From Eledone cirrhosa (taxonomy: Eukaryota), in contig OZ024740.1 in the NCBI GenBank assembly GCA_964016885.1, positions 155,062,001 to 155,126,000 of the forward strand: DNA of 64,000 nucleotides, given 5' to 3'. Shown piece by piece: positions 11,541 through 23,747 of the stretch. Position 1 is the stretch's first letter, and each line of letters begins with the position of its first letter. The notes beneath the pieces were generated by a model, which was not told the DNA's origin, made no database searches, and saw nothing but the letters and a program-made list of their open reading frames with translations. Position numbers and translations under genes: made by a program.

Positions 11541-13710
11541 TATCATCATCATCACCGTTTTACGTCCGTTCTTCCACGCTAGCATGGATTAGACGGGTTG
11601 TCCTGTTGTAGGCAGTGTCTGGTCGGCTGACCATGCCTTGTTCATACAGGAACTGATTTGGCTGGATTTCTACAGCTGGATGCCCTTCCTAACACCAACC
11701 TCATTTACAGTGAGTGCTGGGTGCTTTTTCACCGTGGCACCTCCACGACCACCTTGCAGTGGGAGGGTGTGGGGGCATATTGTCTATATGCTTCAGCTTG
11801 TACCCATGGGAGGTCGGGTACTCTGTATTACTGCGTGACGCCAGAGGTCACGGTCGTGTGTCGCCTTTGAGAGGTATAATTGGGTAAGGTCGGCTTTTAT
11901 CGCCTCATCCCAGGTCATCTTGGGTCTCCCCACTCCGCGGTTTCCATCGACTTCTAGTGCTCTGCACCTTTTTATGCAGCTGTCATCCTTCATACGCATC
12001 ACATGTCCATACCAACGCAACCGCCTCTCCTGCACACAGCATTTGATTCCTCTTATGCTCAGTCTCTCTCTCAATTCATTTATGCTTTGTCATTCGCGTA
12101 TATTACTATTACACATCCATCGGAGCAGGCAGGCTTCGTTTCTCTCTAATCTACGTAAGTCTTCCACCTTCAGCGCCCAGGTCTCACTACCATGCAACAT
12201 TGCTGTTCGGATACACGCATCATACAGTTTGCGTTTCATTTTGAGGGAGAAGCCTTTTGCAGCTAGCAGTGGTAGTAGTTCCCTAAACTTCTTCCATCCC
12301 ATTCTTACCCTAGTTATTGTACTTTCTGAACACCCACCTCTGCTGCTAATTCGGTCACCTAGGTAGCAGAAGCTGTCTACTGTTTCTACAGAGCCCTCCC
12401 AGAGATTGGTGGTACTTGTTTCCTGTGGTTGTCTGCTGCTTGCTGTCCCAGCACAGCTGCTGCATGTGAAGCCTACATTCTTAATTAACCTTCCTGAGAT
12501 CCCACTACATCTCTTGTGTACCCATTGTTTGCATTTGGGGCAGATAATGGAGTTCCTACCTACACCTTTCCTACATACTGAGCAAGGCCATTTCCCTGAG
12601 GGGATCTGGGTTTTGTTTTCTCGTCTACTTACAAGGACCTTAGTCTTTGTGATGTTGACTTTGAGACCCTTTCTTTCTAGTCCCTGCTTCCAAGTTTGGA
12701 ATTTCTTCTCTAGTTCTATCATAGATTCAGCTATAAGTGCGAAGTCATCAGCATACAGGAGTTCCCATGGGCATCCGGTCTTAAACTCGTCTGTTATTGC
12801 CTGCAGGACTATGATGAACAGGAGAGGGCTAAGAACAGAGCCCTGGTGGACCCCAACCCGTACGCTAAATTCCTCGCTATACTCATTGCTAATCGTAACT
12901 TTGCTGACTGCTCCCCTATACATGGCTTGTACCGCTTTCACAAGCCATACATCTACTCCTAGTTTTCTAAGAGCCCACCAGATTACAGCACTTGGAACTC
13001 TGTCAAAGGCTTTCTCAAGATCGATGAATGCCAGGTAGAGTGGCTTACTTTTAACTAGGTACTTTTCCTGTAACTACCTCACAAGGAAGAGGGCATCAGT
13101 GGTGCCTCTTCCTGGTACAAACCCAAATTGCATCTCATCTAGTTTCACCCGGTCCCTAATCAACTGTGCTATAACTCTTTCTGTTACTTTCATGACCTGG
13201 TCCATCAGCTTTATACCTCTATAGTTTCCTCTATCTAGTGCATCACCTTTACCTTTGTAGCAGTTGACAATGATGCTACTGCACCAAGCCTTTGGTATGA
13301 CACCTTCTAGTATTACCTGGTTAACAATACGTGTGGTTATAGTGTGACCTACAGACCCAGATGCCTTCAACATCTCGGTAGCTATACCCGATGGACCGGT
13401 TGCCTTCTCCATCTTCATATCTTTGATTGCCTTACTTACTACGCTGCTGCTGACTTGTACTGCTGGCCCCTCTATAAGGTCTACTTGGGGTAGGGTCTCT
13501 TCTTCCCATGCATTCTCCTCATTTAGTAATCTATCATAAAGACTCTTCCATGCATCTTTCTTCTCAGCACTTGTGAGAGCAAGCTCACCTTTATCATTCC
13601 GGATACACTTCTCTCCAATGACATCACAATTCTCTGACACACTGCCTCACAATCTTGAACACCTCCTGTTTCTGGTCCTCGCGTTGCAAAACATGCTTGA
13701 ATTTTCTATC
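11541..13710 (-). mobile_element. RTE-clade LINE, 5'-truncated, with in-frame stops; RT with PHD-like insert
   Basis: ORFs 13074-13640, 12090-12941 and 11793-12074 give NYRGIKL, QFGFVPGRGTTDA, GVHQGSVLSPLLF, LLYADD and RRLRWYGHVMR. 3' UTR ends in a (GAT)n tail. Stops at about 13074 and 12090. Confidence 0.95.
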
Positions 13711-13751
13711 TTACTAAAATTGAGATGAGTTTGTGTGTACATATATATGTA

Positions 13752-15263
13752 TCATCATCATCATCATCAACGTTTAACGTCCGTGTTCCACGCTTGCATG
13801 GGTTTGGACGGGGGTAGTCCCACTTGAGGCAAGAGTGATTGTCTTGCTCGCATAGGACTGTCTGGCAGGTTTTCTACAGTTGGATGCCCTTCCTAACACC
13901 AACCACATTTACAGTGTGGGTCTGGGAGGTTTTTACCGTGTTGCCTACACGGCCACATTACAGCGTGGACTGTGTGTTTTTTTTGTCGTGACACCTACAC
14001 GATCTCATTTGTTTCGGCCTCGATGGCGCGGCACCAACATAACTTTACATAGAACGGGGTGGTGTGGATCGGGTGGGGGTGGTGGTGGTGGGACGGGGTG
14101 TATTTTGTTAGAGATGCCTACTGGCTGGAGTAGGTTTTACTATATATTTAGGTAAGGCGGGTCTTCTCTGTTACTGAGTACCGCCAAAGGTCTCGGTCCA
14201 GTGACATTGTCTTGGAGAGGTGTAAGTGTGTGATGTCGGAGTTTATCAGCTCGTCCCAGGTTTTTCTAGGTCTGCCTATTCCGTGACTACCGTCTATCTT
14301 TATTGCCCTGCACTTTGTTATACAGCTATCGACTTTCATGCGCATCACGTGTCCATACCAACGTAGCCTTCTCTCGAGTAAACAACATCTGATCCCTCTT
14401 ATCTCTAATTTTTTCCTTAGTTCGTTTATGCTTTGCCGTTCACGTATATTACTGTTACACATCCAGCGGAGCATGCAAGCTTCGTTCCTCTCTAGTCTGC
14501 GTATATCCTCTGCACACAATGCCCAGGTCTCACTGCCATGCAGCATTGCTGTTCGTATGCAGGCATCGTACAACCTGCCTTTCATTTTTAGTGAGAACCC
14601 TTTAGCAGCTAATAGTGGTATAAGCTCTCTGAACTTTTTCCAACCAGTTCTGACTCTAGCTACAGTACTTTCAGAGCACCCTCCCCCACTGCTGATTTTA
14701 TCGCCCAGGTAACGGAAGCTGTCCACTATTTCTATAGAACCCTCTGCGCAATTGAAAGAGCTAGTAGTTTGTGGGCACTTGCTGCTACTTATTGCACCAG
14801 AGCACCGGCCACATGTAAAATCTATGTTATTAGTTAGCTTACCTGTGATCCCACTACATCTTTTATGCACCCATACTTTGCATTTAGGACATAAAATGGA
14901 GTTTCTACCTACGCCTTTCCTACACACCGAGCACGACCATTTCCCAGAAGGGACCGCCGCCTTGTTTTCTTTCCTACAAACTAGTACTTTGATCTTAGCC
15001 AGGTTAATTTTAAGTCCTTTTGACTCTAGGCCGTGCTTCCATGTTTGGAATTTCTTCTCTAGCTCGGCCATTGATTCCGCTATGAGTGTCAGGTCGTCTG
15101 CGTATAGGAGTTCCCATGGGCAGCCTGTCTTGAACTCCTCTGTTATAGCCTGAAGGGCAATAATAAATAGTAGTGGGCTGAGAACAGAGCCCTGATGGAC
15201 GCCAACTTTTACGCTAAACTCTTCACTATATTCGTTGTTAATTCTAACCTTGCTGACTGTTTC

Positions 15264-15265
<2 letters not shown>
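13752..15265 (-). mobile_element. RTE-clade LINE 3' fragment (open RT C-terminal half)
   Basis: ORF 14148-15317 has GVHQGSVLSP, YADD, a C4HC3 insert and RRLRWYGH. The 5' end abuts (TA)n and the 3' end has a (GAT)n tail. Confidence 0.95.
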
Positions 15266-15299
<34 letters not shown>

Positions 15300-16221
15300 G
15301 CGCTGGAATCTATGCATGATGCATCCCTTCAGCCCATCTGAGAAATCAGTGGCTCTACTTCAGTACTAGTTCAGTCTGAAGACCTGTCCAACACTTGCTA
15401 GCAGGGAAGACGAATGTTAAATGATGATGATAATATCTATATGCAAGCAGGGAAAAGCAGACGTAAAATGATATATACACACAAGAAAAACTCACACCTT
15501 CCTAAAAACGTTACCACACCAAAATCAATTCTTCATGATTAAAAAAGATCTCTCCTCAAAAAATTTTTTTTTATATTAATATCATCCACTTTTTATTTAT
15601 ATATTTGCCTTTATATTTTCAATAGAACTTTCAATCATCTTCATATCTACTTTTAGCAGTTTCTATTTATTTTCCTTTTGTTCTTGTATTTATCTACAAA
15701 CCCTGAAAATCAACTTGCGCTCTTGGCACAATGGAACCCAACCCAAATACACATACACACACCAAAGAACAGCAAAATGCCATATGGGCCTTTATTCTGA
15801 ATAGAAAAAGAACTTTCTATTTAAATCAATAGAATTCTGACCTGATGAACCCCACTTCCATCCTCATAAAGAACATATATATGAGAAAAGATTTTGAGAG
15901 AAAATTCACACATGTTCTAACTATCCACAGAATATAAGAAACTTTTTTTTTTAAATAGTTGGTGAGATTGACATACCAATCAAAACTGGTAATATTTAAC
16001 AAAACTTAAATTCATTTAATGTAACAGTTATAAAACTATTTATTGTGATGGATTAAAGAAAAAAGTAATCTTTAAATATATCTTCGTGCTTTTCCACTTT
16101 TACCTCTTACCTATGATTTTCGATTTGTATGGAACTTTACCCCCCTCTTTTCCAATTCTCTCTCTCTCTCTTCCTCTAGCCAAGAATAAGCCTATTCCAT
16201 TGATGTAAACCTATTCCAATC

Positions 16222-16845
16222 ACAAGGATCCATAGAAGTGATTGTTAGCTTCTACTATCTAAGCAACGTAATTAGCAACGGAGGAAGGTGCTCTGAGAGC
16301 ATAATAGCTAGAATAAGGATAGGATGGAAAAAGTTTGTAGCACTACTCCCATTGTTGATCACAAAAGGTTTCTCCCTACATACAAAAAGATGACTATGAC
16401 ACTTGTGTGCCAAGTGCGATGCTGCATAGTAGTGAAACATGGGCTGTAACTGCAGAGGATATACGTAGCCTGGAGAGAAATGGAGCAACCATGCTCCATT
16501 GGATGTGCAATGCAATTGTGAAAGAAAGGCAGAGCTTAGGTGAGTTGAGGGAGATGCTAGATTTAAGAGGAATCTGAAGTGGTATGCAGGAGCAAAGACT
16601 GCATTGGTATAGACATGTGATGTGCATGGACAATGATCGCTGGGTGAAAGACTGCCAGGAAATGCCAGTGGAAGGAAGCCTCAGTAGAGATAGACCAAGA
16701 AATATCTGAGCAGAAGTTGGAAGAGTTGACCACAAATCACTGAGGAGATGTCGAAGGAATGCGAAGAGTGGAGTGATTTCATGCTGAGAAGGACCCATGC
16801 AAGCATGGAAAAACAGACATAAAAACGACGATGATGATGATGGTT
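16222..16845 (+). mobile_element. RTE LINE 3' fragment, decayed
   Basis: Homologous to the 3' third of the other RTE copies and ends in (GAT)n. Confidence 0.85.
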
Positions 16846-18829
16846 TACAATGTCACAGTTTTTAGAACAGGTATGCAGTATCCTTGCATGTGGTAAAAGA
16901 CAGCCAAAACAGCCAGCTGTAAAACACAGCTAAGAAAGCCCCATCCAATCCATGCTCTCATGGAAAAGTGGATGTTAAAATGAGAGGGTATGAACTCATA
17001 ACATAAAGAGCCAGAACAAATACAGTAGGATAATTTTCTGAGACTAGCAATTCTGCCAATCAAGTAATGACAATGCATGTGTTATTGTCAAACCACTCAC
17101 ATACACCTCCTTAGAGAATTTTACATTTGCAGTTATTGTTTACCACTCACTTTATCCATCAACTCAAAAACAACTTAGGCTTTGCAATACGGTGATTCAT
17201 GCTTGTCATATCTCTCTGTATTTGTGTGTTTCTTTTGACTTTTTCTATTCCTTTAACATTTCATTTATAAGTTTGTAGAAATGGAAATTTCAAAGAAAAA
17301 ATCAAATACATTTCCATTCATGATAGCACGTTTTTGGCTTGTTTATTTGTTTTTTAATTTAATTGTAAACTGAAGTTGACAGATAACATCTTTATTTTTA
17401 GATTTTCTTAACAGTTCACCCTACATATTCAATTTTTCTTTCTCATGACTTGTAAAGAGGAAAATTTGTGCTGTCTTTTTATTTTTCTAACATTTTTTAT
17501 TATAATTTTTAATTAATAAGTTTTTATTTATCATTATTATTAATAAAGATGCAAGCGTGGAAGATGGATGTTAAACGATGATGATGATGATGATGATGAT
17601 GATGAAAGGAAGCATCATCATAAATCCCTCCGAGGTTGACTTTGCCTTTCATCCTTATGGGGTCGATAAAATAAAGTACCAGTAATGCACTGGGTAATGC
17701 TGACCTTGTGCCTAAAGTAGAAACAATTATTATTATTATTATTATCATCATCTTTCTCATTATTCACCACAGCTACCACAACTACTGCCACTGCCACCAC
17801 ATCCACCACCAGTTATCAAACTTTTTACATGACTAAAGCCCACATTGTACCATCCTGTGCCATCTTAATGCTTTCTTCATGTCAGCCCTGTGTGGCTAAT
17901 AAAGATATCATCATCATTACTATTATCATCTAATAAATTAAAAAAGGCAATTATTATTATTATCATTATTGGAGGTGGATTTGCAGATTCATCAGAGCAG
18001 TGGATGGTATTTGTTCCAGCTCTATACTTAATGAGTTGAAATCTCACCAAAGCTAACTTTGCCTTCCATGCCTCTGAGATCATAACATACCAGCCAAATA
18101 ATAGAGCCAATTTAATTGACTACCTACTGTCTCCCACTAAAATCCAGGCCTTATGCCTATGTAAGAAAGTGTTTTTATTATGGTGATGGATTGGTAGAAT
18201 CAGTTGGATAAAATACTTTATGGTATTTGTTCAAGTTCATTTTGTTTTGTGTTCAAATTCCAGCGGGGGCAACTTTGCCTTTCATCCTTACGTCAACAAA
18301 ATATAGCACTAATCAGGTACTGGGATAAGTATAATCAACTTTCCTATACTTCCAACTTGTTGACCTTATGCCAATGTTAGAAACAATTATATTGTTTTGT
18401 AACTGATAATACAATGAAAATAGTTGCTTAATAGATTATTTAAAAAAAAAAAAAAAAATTTCTTATTAATTTAAAATGGTCCGTTATGATCAAATTAAAC
18501 TAATAATATGTATTTTACAAGTGGTGATTTGGGTTATTAGAATGTGGTATAGAATGCTTTGCCGTACTCATTCTGGTTATCAACACTCTAGGTTCAAAAC
18601 CCGCTGAGGTTTACTTAGCTTTTCATCCTTTTGAGGTCAATAAAAAAAAAAGTACCAATCCTGAACTGGAGTCAGTTCTTCCTCTATATCTCCTTTACTC
18701 TCTCTCTTCTTCTCTGGAAGAAACAGGCTGATGGTCTCCAAACCCCTAATGCCCCATCAAAAGTTATAAGTCTGTACAGATAATGTATTTTTATGGTAGA
18801 TTTTTTAATGGCAGACCTTTTCTATATCA

Positions 18830-19225
18830 AAAAAAGGTAGGTTTAGTAGCTTCTTTTTGGCTCGGGACTTCTTTTTTAGTTGGCTCACTAAAAAGAAGAC
18901 ATCTGTAGTACTTTTCCCAGGCATGAAACCAAACTGCATCTCATCTGATTAGACTCTTTCTCTAATTAGTTGTGCTATAACTCTTTCCATTACTTTCATA
19001 AATTAGTCCATTAGTTTTATTCCTCCATAGTTGCTCCTTTCTAGGGCATCACCTTTGCCTTTGTAACAATTTATGATTGTACTGCTGTGCCAGTCATTAG
19101 GTATGAGACCGTCATGTATTACTATGCGGGTTACTGGCTTGACTCCTACCTCTCCTGATGCTTCTATCACCTCAGTAACTATATCTGATGGTCCTGCAGC
19201 TTTACCATTTTTCATCTCTTTAATT
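18830..19225 (-). mobile_element. RTE LINE internal fragment (RT N-terminus)
   Basis: ORF 19003-19215 reads MKNGKAAGPS...NCYKGKGDALERSNYGGIKLMD, followed by a QFGFMPGKSTTD remnant. Confidence 0.85.
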
Positions 19226-20557
19226 GATATAAATATTTAAAGAAATTCAAGTAAAAATTTATGTTGACAGAGGAAAATATAGTGATACCAGCTCTCATGA
19301 CATTGTGTGACAAAACTGATAGCAAAACCCAGGACAATTTGGAAATACGCTGTGTGACAGTCCTATCTAACCCACATGAGCATGGAAAAACATGTTATGA
19401 TGATGATGCATTATGATTTAAAATAGATTCACTATAATTGATATTGGGAATGTACATGTATATTGCTAATGGCATAGCAACCACAACTCTTATCAAATTT
19501 GATCATCGTTTAATGTCTATCTTCCACACTAAACGATGATGATGATGCCTAAAAGCAATGCTTTTAAAATGCATACTTGTGTGTGTATATAAATATATAC
19601 ATGAAACTCAGGTTGTCTTAAAGGGTCTTCTGTGAGGAATGACAGTGAACCCTGGTTCCATGATGCTGAGCAAAAGGAAAACAATTATATATTGTAGGCC
19701 ACATTCTTAAATTACACAGTACTTATTTTTAATAGACATTATATTGGCACAGGTATCGCTGTGTAGTTAAATGGTTTTCTTAAAAATCATGTGATTTAGA
19801 GTCTAGTCCCAACCAACTAATGCTTTCTGACTGAAATTGGCAGACACAAACTGCACAAAGCCTGTTATATGTGTGAATGTGTATGCATGTGCACACATGC
19901 TTTTTCGCATTTGACATTGATGGTACACACAATGATGTTTGTTTACAATCCATGTAAGCAGGTCTTGCTGCTTAGTGTTTAAGCAGGCAAAAATTTGTAC
20001 CTTACATAGAAAAAAGTATTTAAGTGAATGTTGGCATCACGAAGAGCATCTGGACATAGAACACTAGAAAGTCTTGTCCAACTCAAGCCAGCATGAAAAT
20101 AATAAATAAATATGATGTAAAACTGATGATGGTATAGGTATACAGCCCCCAAAACTTAATGAAATGTCTAAAGTGAATTTGAACCCAGATTCTTATAATC
20201 TAGAAATCCAATATGTTGTGCTCTCAAGATAATATAATAAAATGTAACTTCCATTAAACATATATTAAGCACAAAGAAGAGGATAAGTTATTGAACAAAC
20301 TCCCCTTTGTTATTGAGCTAAATGTTTGAATATGTAACCATTTAAATATATTACAATTGTAAACATGTTAAGTTACTGGTCTGCACAAATGTTTGAATAT
20401 CACTTATATTGCAGACAATAACTTTCTTTTGTGTACTAAAGGTAGTTTGATATTTGTATTAGAAATACTATTGTTTATGGAACATTTGAAACAAAATGAA
20501 CTTGGAAGACTGGATATACTTACACTGTGAGGTGATAGATAGATAGACAGATTATAT

Positions 20558-20589
<32 letters not shown>

Positions 20590-21860
20590 TGGTAAATCAA
20601 AGAGGAAGGGTGGGAATTATCCAGTGGATAATAAATTCTAGGTTTAAGAGAGACAGAGTTAATGATTAATTGAATAAACAAGATGAAATGAACTGTAAAT
20701 GTTTAAAACAAGATTGCTTTAAAAAACCGGATACAACAATGGTAACTTTCATCATCATCATCATCATCATCTATATTCTCTAATGAAAAGCAATGTTGAC
20801 CTTGGTGGTAGTTACTGTGAGGTGCTGAAGTAGATATAGTGAAGTATCTACAGCAGTGGCCCAGTATTTCAGCCATCTCCAAGACCCTGATTTGTTACAT
20901 TAGTAAAAAATGTAATCTATGGAAATAAAACTACACCATTCTAAATTAACAAGCAGTTTAGTCATAAAATCTTCCTAATGGATAAACACTGCTTAATAAC
21001 TGAGTAATTTTGTAAAATACCTTTTCATTAATATTTGTTTAGAAGATAACGTAAAAAGCTAATATTAAATTACAATAAAATATTTAAATTTAAATATGGA
21101 CTCTTTAAAACAAAATGTATTGTTCAATCCAAACATATGAGACACTTGTCTAAAGTGCAGCACAGTGGGTTTGAGCTTAGAGCTATGTGTTTGTGAAGTG
21201 AATTCCTTAATCATACAGTAGTGCCTGTGTTCAAGTTCTTTTAACTCGTTTAATAGAAAACCACCTGAAACTTCTATGATACAAGGTTCTTTGTTTTTAT
21301 AGTGTTCATATTTAAACTTAAACCTTCTATCATAGTTTTATCTAAAAAACAAACTATAAGTATGTTTCAAACACCAGCTTAATAATGACAATGTTAGGTA
21401 TTTTAATAAACTCCTCAAAATTCTTGATTATTTTCAAAATTAATTGAAAATCATGAAAGGGTTAAAGTGTTCACATTTGAATTTAAGTCTTCCATGAATT
21501 TGTCAGGAAAGGTATCTGGCTGTAGAATTTCAACTCAAAAAGTCTAGTTCAATGCATACTAGCATAGAAAAACATATGTAGAAGTGATAATGAATCTTAA
21601 GTTATCTTCTAAACACCAGATTAATATAAAAAAAAAAATTCATAGAAAAATGAGAAAGTTCAATGTAAGAATAGCTGTTAACACAGCCAAACGCTGTCAA
21701 AATACCAAGATTAGTGGCTAGCGGCCGATAGAAAGACACTTCATGAGGTGGGTGACAGGAAGATGAAATATAGAATTGAATAAGACAAGAGGAGGACAAA
21801 AAAAATTTGCTCACATACCAACAAAAATAGTTTTGCATGATTTAAAAATAAATGTAAAAC

Positions 21861-22452
21861 AATATTTTACTTAAATATAAGTATGTACACGTACATACAT
21901 ATATGTATACAGACGTACAGTAGTATGTATATATATATATACATACACGCACACACATATATATATGTACGTATGGATTCACCGAACATTTATTTCGTTT
22001 CATTTTTTTCCGTTTATCGTTTTCGGTGCACCCGGCCGATTAACCCACTCGATATGCAAATTGGGCTACTCAGCCGTTAATATGCATAAGGTAAGTATAT
22101 ACGTTCAACAATCTGGCAGGAAGGTATACGTTGCTGACGATAGCTAATAAGCTTGAAACTAGTACAGCGTTCCTTTGTCAGTGTTGAACAAACGAGCAAC
22201 GATGGTTGCTAGACACTACGGCTTAATACGGGATGTTTGTTTACAAACACACCGAGCATTATAATAAATGTTCGGTGAATCCATACGTACATATATATAT
22301 GTGTGCATGTATGTATATATATATATACGTACTACTGTACGTCTGTATACATATATGTATGTACGTGTACATACTTATATTTAAGTAACAGCCGTACTAA
22401 GAGTGGGAAATGAAATTTCGTTTCATTTTTTTCCGTTTAATATTTTACTTAA
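21861..22452 (+). mobile_element. Non-coding Penelope-like/retrozyme-like insertion with inverted segment and TSD
   Basis: Direct repeat AATATTTTACTTAA at 21861-21874 and 22439-22452. Inverted copies of about 127 bp at 21867-21994 and 22263-22388. Terminal redundancy ATTTCGTTTCATTTTTTTCCGTTTA at ~21992 and ~22415. Internal hammerhead. CpGs are intact. Confidence 0.75.
22103..22189 (+). ncRNA. Minimal type I hammerhead ribozyme
   Basis: Stem I ACGTTG/CAGCGT; core CTGACGA (22134-22140); stem II AGCT-AATA-AGCT; GAAA (22155-22158); palindromic stem III ACTAGT; GTA cleavage triplet ending at 22164. Stem I is extended by AAGG/CCTT, CTGGCA/TGTCAG and GTTCAACA/TGTTGAAC. Confidence 0.8.
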
Positions 22453-23747
22453 TGCAGCCAAATTCTTGATTAACAGCAAAACATGTTCAATGTATGCAAA
22501 TAATGCCATTGATTACTTTAACCCATAAAGAAAACTCACCTAAACCAACTCTATAACATGCATCCCTATATTCCATAAACCAACCACAGAAAATATCAAC
22601 CTGCAGCCATTATATTACATAGCTTTTGTATGATAAAACTATTATTATCTGCAGCAATTACAACCCCATTACACAATAGGCCATGCTCTAACCTTTCTTT
22701 GCGCCCCTGAATTATCAACTCCCCAAAACAAACCACCTAGTTAAAACAAGCCTTAAAAACGTTTAGTCTAATGCCATGATACCATATTATTTCATTAGAA
22801 ATATGGTCACAAAGGGTTATGCTTTTGTCGATTTTGTAGATAGAATGGGCCCTTGCTGATTCTGCTGATTTAAAGATGCATGCAAAGAGTTTCTACTTAC
22901 TCTAGGCCTGTCAGAGCACTTAAACAAATCCACTGCAAGGTAACAAAATATTTGATGTTTCTCTGATGCCTAGTTATATGAGCCACAAAACAAATTTACT
23001 GCTAGGTATTACCATCATCAACATTTTTATGTCCACTTTTTCCACGATGGCATAGATTGAACAAGATTATTTTAGGCAATATTCTACAGCTGGAAAACAA
23101 CTTAATTAAGATACTCAGTTCACTGGTTTTCATACACCAAATTGTTGAATTGCATTATATTGTTTATGCGGGACATAAACAAATGTTACTGGCTGCCTAA
23201 TCTGTGTCAATGTGAAGACATGCAGAGACACAAAAACAAACATACATCCACACAGTTTCTGGGGGCATTTTATGTTGTGCATCATGTACTATTAAAATTG
23301 TGTGCAGCTAAAAGACTAAACATTTCCCTCTATAGCAAGAATTAAATTATTTTTGAAATAATTTGTGATTGGACCATTACACAACTATATTTCTAATGAA
23401 ATACACTGTATTCCAATTAATAAATGAAGAATTGGGATGGAATTAAAACTTCATCATTTCATTATTTAGATGATATTTGCATGTTGGGAGGTTTTATTTT
23501 AAATGGGGAACCTTTAAAATGGGTGATTTTGTTTCACAGGACCAGAGACAGATTTGGTATTAAATGGGTTAAAACTGAAAAAATAGCATGCCATGTAATA
23601 TAATGCTTTGCCTATAATTTTTTGTTTTTGCTCTCAGAATGAATATGAATGTCAAATGTCATAGTACTCAGCAAGTATTTTCATTATTTTATAGTTAATA
23701 TTTTTTAATAAATCAGTTTGCACCTAATTCAGAGTATAAATAACACC

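Noticed and set aside
12406-13038. Long antisense ORFs over RTE copies (also 14338-15153, 32609-33460, 63260-63676)
   Set aside because: These are shadow frames of the LINE coding strand with no independent protein features.
14055-14100. G-rich tract with G-quadruplex potential
   Set aside because: It lies in a variable part of an RTE 3' UTR, is not conserved in the sister copy near 33660, and has no sign of function.
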